Positions 58,962 through 64,000 of a stretch of 64,000 nt of DNA are shown one piece after another; the first letter of the stretch is position 1; each line of letters opens with the position of its first letter. The notes below the pieces were generated by a model that saw only the letters and a program-made list of their open reading frames with translations, had not been told where the DNA came from and did no database searches. Source of the DNA: a virus (lineage: Duplodnaviria > Caudoviricetes). The DNA lies in IMG/VR virus record IMGVR_UViG_3300033182_000922, positions 519-64,518 of that record. The stretch is one strand, 5' to 3'. The translations under genes were made by a program, and so were the position numbers.

Positions 58962-59432
58962 ATGATCATATTTAAAGTTGAAAATGTTAATGACGGTAAA
59001 GTTTACATTGGCCACTCTGTAAATGATAACCCAAATAACTTAGGAACGGGAAAATATATCAAAAGAGCAGTTAAAGATTTTGGTACAAAAACATTTACCC
59101 GAGAGATCCTAGAGCAATTTGATAATGAAGAGTCTCTAGGAAAGATAATGGATAGAGTGGAATATTGGATTAAAAAGTATAAAGCCGATAATCCTAAATA
59201 TGGGTATAATGAAAGTGTCCAAGAAATGATTCCTCAAAAGAAAAGACTAACAAAAAAATTACAAGTTCTTTTAACACCTGAGGATGAAGACAATCTAAAT
59301 TCAATTATCATACAAAAATCAATGGAAAATGGTATTAAGCCACTTCCAGTTTCACGTTATGTAAGAAACCTTATAGTTGAACATATCGTCGAAGAAACTT
59401 CACCAGAAAAACAATTAACAAAAATTAAGTAA
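58962..59432 (+). CDS. GIY-YIG-like (Seg-type) domain with C-terminal ribbon-helix-helix-like segment
   Basis: IIFKVEN..DGKVYIG, FTREILE, E.WI, GYN; then KKLQVLLT...VSRYVRNLI. Confidence 0.6.
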   Translation: MIIFKVENVNDGKVYIGHSVNDNPNNLGTGKYIKRAVKDFGTKTFTREILEQFDNEESLGKIMDRVEYWIKKYKADNPKYGYNESVQEMIPQKKRLTKKLQVLLTPEDEDNLNSIIIQKSMENGIKPLPVSRYVRNLIVEHIVEETSPEKQLTKIK

Positions 59433-59434
59433 AC

Positions 59435-60454
59435 ATGAGCAACCACGAGGAAGACATTAAAAAAGAATTTGAGGCAGCAGAAGGCATCCAAGATGCACAA
59501 GTTGTTGAATCAAATGAAGTTACAGAGAAAAATGAAGATGGTACCGTTTCATCTTTAGGTAAGGTTGATCCTTCAAGAGGTAGGGGTATTACTTCACCGG
59601 ATGATCCAGAAATTAAAAGAATTCAAGAATTAGCAGGATATGTTAAGTTAGATTTAACAAGATTACCTTCAGGCGGTAGATTTTACAGGGATGATTTTGA
59701 AATTCATATGAGAGCTGCACGAGTTGGTGAGATTCGTGATTTCTCTACAATGGAAGAAGATAACATTAGAGATGTAGATGAAAAGCTTAATTCTTTAATT
59801 GTTAATTGTACTAAAATTATGTACGGTTCTACAAGAGGATCTTATAGAGATATCTTAGAAGAAGACCGTATTTTTGTTCTTTTATCAATTAGAGAACTTA
59901 CCTTTAAACAAGGTGAGAATAAACTTATGATGCCAGTAGGTAAAAAGAAATGTACATCTGGTGTATGTAAGTCTCAGGATAGTATGGAACTTAAAACTGA
60001 TAATCTTCAATTTCAAATTGTAGATGATCTTCTTGAAAAATATTACGATCCTGTAAATAAATGCTATACCGTTACCACTAAAAATCATGGTGAGGTTGTG
60101 TTAGCACCTCCTACGATTGGGGTTATGCGATCTGTTACTGATTGGGTTAGAAAAAGAGAAGAAGAAAATAAACCTTGGGATAAATCAACTCTTAGTATCA
60201 TTCCTTATATTCAAAGAGAATGGCGAGGATTTAATGATAGGGAAATCTTTTCTTTGGCTTCATCTTTACAAGGATGGGATTCTACCAAATATTCAATCAT
60301 ATACAGACTTATTGAAAAACTAAAATTGGGAGTAAAACCTGAGTTTACGGTCCCATGTGAATCCTGTGGCGCGGAGGTCACAGTTCCGCTTTCCTTTCCC
60401 GGAGGCATCAAGGCTCTCTTCATTGTTTCAGATATCTCTTCTGAACTTCTTTAA
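59435..60454 (+). CDS. Baseplate hub assembly protein (gp26-like)
   Basis: LPSGGRFY, DRIFVLLSIRELTF and C-terminal CESCG. Confidence 0.65.
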   Translation: MSNHEEDIKKEFEAAEGIQDAQVVESNEVTEKNEDGTVSSLGKVDPSRGRGITSPDDPEIKRIQELAGYVKLDLTRLPSGGRFYRDDFEIHMRAARVGEIRDFSTMEEDNIRDVDEKLNSLIVNCTKIMYGSTRGSYRDILEEDRIFVLLSIRELTFKQGENKLMMPVGKKKCTSGVCKSQDSMELKTDNLQFQIVDDLLEKYYDPVNKCYTVTTKNHGEVVLAPPTIGVMRSVTDWVRKREEENKPWDKSTLSIIPYIQREWRGFNDREIFSLASSLQGWDSTKYSIIYRLIEKLKLGVKPEFTVPCESCGAEVTVPLSFPGGIKALFIVSDISSELL

Positions 60455-60704
60455 GATTAGGGTCTTACTTATGGAGAAATTGCATATCCAGCCAACTGAG
60501 TTGGATATGCTCCCTTTCTATGAATATGAGTATACTCTTGAGATATACAATGATATCATGAAAGAGCGTAACGACGAAGAAAAGAAGGCAAGTTCTTCAT
60601 ATGAAGATAAATACAATCCTAGCTCTATGCAGAAGTCGGCACAAAAACAGATGAGTAGTTACAAAATGCCATCTATGCCTAGTATAAGCATGCCGAAGTT
60701 CTAA
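60423..60704 (+). CDS. Baseplate hub assembly catalyst (gp51-like)
   Basis: NFFKIRVLLM..LHIQPTELDMLPFYEYE pattern. Start uncertain (TTG 60423, ATG 60471, or frameshift from the upstream gene). Confidence 0.55.
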   Translation: MFQISLLNFFKIRVLLMEKLHIQPTELDMLPFYEYEYTLEIYNDIMKERNDEEKKASSSYEDKYNPSSMQKSAQKQMSSYKMPSMPSISMPKF

Positions 60705-60716
60705 ATATATAATGTA

Positions 60717-63700
60717 ATGGCAGCTGTTACACTTAAAGACTTAATGGATCCGCTATCCAAAATTGCAGCGGCGGCAGAAGCGACTAACGAAAAATTAGAC
60801 GCTTTTGTTGCTATGGCGACCGGGGCAAGCGGTGGTGCTGGTCTAGAACAGGCCATTTATACACAATTAGAAACCCAGACTACATATCTTAAACTTATTT
60901 ATGAAAATACTAAAGGTGGCGGTCTAGGTGGTATTTTTAGTGGTAAGAGTTCTAAGAAAGAAGTTGCGTCAGCAGGTAAAACTTTAGAAGCATTAGGATT
61001 AGGTGCAAAGTCAACAGCACAAGGAATGTTACTTTGGATGTTAGTACCTTCAAAGGCAGTCAATAAATTTATTGACTTCGTTACACGAACATTTGAGGCA
61101 TTAGCGGAACAGGACCAAAAGAAAGTCAAAGAAGGCGTAAAGGTTCTTGATATGATGGGTGGCGCAATTAAATCATTTGCATTAGGATTGGCTGTTGCTA
61201 CATTAGCAATTATACCAGGTATGATTGCCATACCATTCTTGGCCATCTCTGTGGCTGCAATGGGCTTAGTCTTTACCTTACTTGGTAAAAGAGATAAGCA
61301 GATTAAGAAAGGTGCTAGAGTGATGGATAAGATGGGAGATGCCATGAAGTCCTTTGCCATAGGATTAGCATTCTTTGCTCTCACTGCTTTCGTTGTAGTA
61401 ATGGCACCGGTTGTTTTATTAGGTATGGTTGCCTCCCTTGTCTTAATAGGTGGTGCATTTGCTTTACTTGGTAGTAAAAAGATGTCTAAAAATATCCGAA
61501 AGGGTTCAGCGGCAGTAGCATTAATAGGCTTAGGGTTAATTGTATTTTCTGTTGGTCTTGGAATATTCCGTCTTGCTACCGCGGGTATGGGACTCATGGA
61601 TGTTTTAATACAATCCGCTGTTATATTAGGTGTTGGGATAGCTACTGCTCTTGTAGGTAAATTTGGTTTAAGTAATATTGCACAAGGTGCTCTTTCATTG
61701 GCTCTTAATGGTATTGGCTTATTGGTCTTTTCATTAGGCTATGTACCTTTTGCTAAAGCTACAAAAGGGCAAGGCCTTACTGATATCTTAGTACAGTCAG
61801 GTATCCTATTGGCGGTAGGTGGTGTAATGGCTTTAGCTGGTCTTGCTGTTGCTGCAACAGTCGGAGCTGCTCTACTAGGCCCCGTTCTTTTTGCTGCTGC
61901 TGGTGGTGCATTACTACTTTTAGCCCCAGGTCTTGAGGCAATGAAAAAGCTGGACTATTCTGAGCAGGATTCTAAAGATCTTGCAACTACATTAGGTGCC
62001 GTTGCAATGGCATTCTCTGGTGTTGATCCTGAAGCCGGTGTATTTGGAATGATCGGTGGATTATTTACCAGGGTTGTTCAGAGTGGAGGTGGCCTTGCCG
62101 CTGCTGGCATGTATGCTGCTGCTGGTGGTGCATTACAAGTATTATCAAAAGGTCTTGGTGATTTTCAGAAATTAGATTTTACTGAGGAAGATTCAAAACA
62201 ATTAGGTATTGCTTTAGGGTCGGTTAGTGGAGCATTTGCTCAAGCTGGTGGAGAACCTGCTAGCCCTGGTGGATTATTTGGTGCAATATTTGGAAATACA
62301 TTTAGTCCTAATGCAACCGAAAGAGGTATTAAATCAGTTATGAAATCTGGTGATGCTCTTACCGAAATTACAAAAGGCTTGGCTGCATTCTTGGATCTTA
62401 AAAAGAAATATAATTTAGGACCAGAATCATTTGAAGAAGGTGGATACCTTAATGTTGCTATCACGGACACGTTAGGATTCTTAAGTAAGGCTTTTGCTAC
62501 CATCGGCGGTATGGAAGTACAGGATGGGTGGGGTCCATTTAGCTGGGATGAGAACCTTGTTGAAAAAGGTATTGATGCAGTTAAAGGTGCAGGCCGAGCT
62601 CTTACTGAAATCACAGGTGGATTAAAATCATTCCTAGACTTACAGGTTGAATATGGTCTAACATCTGAATCATTCCAAGAAGGTGGATATTTAGCAACAG
62701 CAGTTACAGATACATTAGGGTTTGTAAGTAAGGCTTTTGCTACCATCGGCGGTATGGAAGTACAGGATGGGTGGGGTCCATTTAGCTGGGATGAGAATCT
62801 TGTGGAAAAAGGTGTTGATGCGGTTAAGGGTGCTGGTACAGAATTAACAAACATTGCAAATGGTCTCAAATCATTCCAAGAATTAATTGATCAAGATATT
62901 GATTGGGATAGGCTAAGAACTGCGGTAACAAACTCTTTAACAACTGTGGCCGAAGCGTTTAAGGCAATTGGTGGAATGGAAGAAACTGATGGTTGGTTTA
63001 TCTTTAGCTGGGATGAGAATCTTGTGGAAAAAGGTGTTGATGCGGTTAAGGGAGCAGGTTCTGAATTGACTAACATTGCAACAGGATTAACATCATTCCA
63101 GGATCTGATTGATAAAGATATTAATTGGTATACGCTAAGACAAGCTGTTACTCAATCTCTCACCACGGTTGCCGAAGCATTTAAGGCAATTGGTGGAGAG
63201 GAAGAATCAGATGGTTGGTTTATCTTTAGATGGGATGAGAATAAAATTGCAAAAGGTGTTGATGCAGTTCAAGGCGCTGGTCAAGAGCTTAAGAACATTG
63301 CAGACGGTCTTAAAATGTTTGCAGAGAACGACGATATTGATTGGGTTACATTAGGCGATCAAATTAGTTTTGTTTTAACCACGGTGGGATCTGCGTTTGC
63401 TTCTATTGGAAAAAGTGAACCTTCAAGTAATCCATATTTAAGTTTCTTTGGATTCCAACAGAATGCGGTACAAGAAGGTATAGAAGCAGTCTCTGGAATT
63501 AATGATGCATTAATAGAAGTAACTGATGGTCTTAAATACTTTATGGATATTTTCCAAGGTGAGTTCGAGGATGCTAAATCAGTAGGGGATGCTATATCAT
63601 ATACTCTTACTGCTGTAGGTAATGCATTTGCTCATATTGGTGGTCAACAGGTTACTAAAGAAGTTAAAGGAATGTTTGGTTTTAGCGCATCATGGAGCCA

Positions 63701-64000
63701 AAATGCTGTTGAGGTAGGTATTGAAGCAGTCAAAGGAATTAACAGAGCATTAATTAGTACTGCATTTCAGTTAAGAATGTTCATGGATACAATTGGAGAT
63801 CCTTATGCTGTTGCTGATGCAATAAGTGCTCTCTTTACTTCTATTCAAGATTCGTTTATGTTCTACTATGATAATCCTGACTTCCCAGAGAAGGTGGATC
63901 ATATGAAAGGGTTCTTAACTGAAATTTCAGATCGTGCAGCAGATGGTTCATTAACCGTTGCAGCTGATGAGATGCAAAGAATTACGGCTGCTATTAACAA
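60717..64000 (+). CDS. Tape-measure-like protein (3' truncated by window edge, >1090 aa)
   Basis: ATG 60717 (MAAVTLKDLMDPLSKIAAAAEATNEKL...). The same frame is still open at the window end. Ala/Gly-rich with a long hydrophobic block and Trp-containing repeats; follows the tail and baseplate genes. Not in the ORF track. Confidence 0.75.
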   Translation, partial: MAAVTLKDLMDPLSKIAAAAEATNEKLDAFVAMATGASGGAGLEQAIYTQLETQTTYLKLIYENTKGGGLGGIFSGKSSKKEVASAGKTLEALGLGAKSTAQGMLLWMLVPSKAVNKFIDFVTRTFEALAEQDQKKVKEGVKVLDMMGGAIKSFALGLAVATLAIIPGMIAIPFLAISVAAMGLVFTLLGKRDKQIKKGARVMDKMGDAMKSFAIGLAFFALTAFVVVMAPVVLLGMVASLVLIGGAFALLGSKKMSKNIRKGSAAVALIGLGLIVFSVGLGIFRLATAGMGLMDVLIQSAVILGVGIATALVGKFGLSNIAQGALSLALNGIGLLVFSLGYVPFAKATKGQGLTDILVQSGILLAVGGVMALAGLAVAATVGAALLGPVLFAAAGGALLLLAPGLEAMKKLDYSEQDSKDLATTLGAVAMAFSGVDPEAGVFGMIGGLFTRVVQSGGGLAAAGMYAAAGGALQVLSKGLGDFQKLDFTEEDSKQLGIALGSVSGAFAQAGGEPASPGGLFGAIFGNTFSPNATERGIKSVMKSGDALTEITKGLAAFLDLKKKYNLGPESFEEGGYLNVAITDTLGFLSKAFATIGGMEVQDGWGPFSWDENLVEKGIDAVKGAGRALTEITGGLKSFLDLQVEYGLTSESFQEGGYLATAVTDTLGFVSKAFATIGGMEVQDGWGPFSWDENLVEKGVDAVKGAGTELTNIANGLKSFQELIDQDIDWDRLRTAVTNSLTTVAEAFKAIGGMEETDGWFIFSWDENLVEKGVDAVKGAGSELTNIATGLTSFQDLIDKDINWYTLRQAVTQSLTTVAEAFKAIGGEEESDGWFIFRWDENKIAKGVDAVQGAGQELKNIADGLKMFAENDDIDWVTLGDQISFVLTTVGSAFASIGKSEPSSNPYLSFFGFQQNAVQEGIEAVSGINDALIEVTDGLKYFMDIFQGEFEDAKSVGDAISYTLTAVGNAFAHIGGQQVTKEVKGMFGFSASWSQNAVEVGIEAVKGINRALISTAFQLRMFMDTIGDPYAVADAISALFTSIQDSFMFYYDNPDFPEKVDHMKGFLTEISDRAADGSLTVAADEMQRITAAIN
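62482..63260 (+). repeat. Tandem 74-81 aa repeats in the tape-measure-like gene
   Basis: 73 nt identical at 62482-62554 and 62725-62797 (period 243). 50 nt identical at 62781-62830 and 63003-63052 (period 222). A fourth WDEN unit lies at about 63225. Confidence 0.85.

Noticed and set aside
60899-62869. Long minus-strand ORFs (232 aa and 209 aa)
   Set aside because: Antisense shadows of the tape-measure-like gene, caused by its codon bias.
62482-63052. Near-identical repeats as a DGR template/variable pair
   Set aside because: No reverse transcriptase in the window; the repeats are tandem, in frame, and differences are not adenine-specific.
1-64000. Stop-codon reassignment as seen in some large phages
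   Set aside because: Conserved genes are full length under the standard code and coding density is high.

Overview
AT-rich, densely coding, almost entirely plus-strand 64 kb segment of a large T4-related contractile-tailed (myo) phage genome. It carries head genes (portal, protease-scaffold, major capsid, terminases), tail genes (sheath, tube, neck, baseplate, start of a tape-measure-like gene) and replication/recombination genes (UvsX, gp41, gp46/47, clamp loader, RNase H, RNR, and a family B polymerase split into two genes about 16.7 kb apart). It also encodes two sigma factors and many glycan and nucleotide-sugar enzymes. A Bacteroidota host is inferred from an Hc1-like gene, TAnnTTTG-like promoter boxes, nrdB-nrdA order and A-rich, SD-less start regions. 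Most notable: (1) a promoter-to-terminator non-coding cassette of two covarying Y-RNA-like stem-loops next to a Ro60/TROVE-like vWA (DUF2828-type) gene; (2) a candidate DNA sugar-hypermodification operon with an atypical C5-methyltransferase; (3) the widely split polymerase; (4) a vertebrate NEIL1-like glycosylase; (5) three promoter classes readable from the sequence. All family assignments come from motif recognition by eye; no database searches were run.
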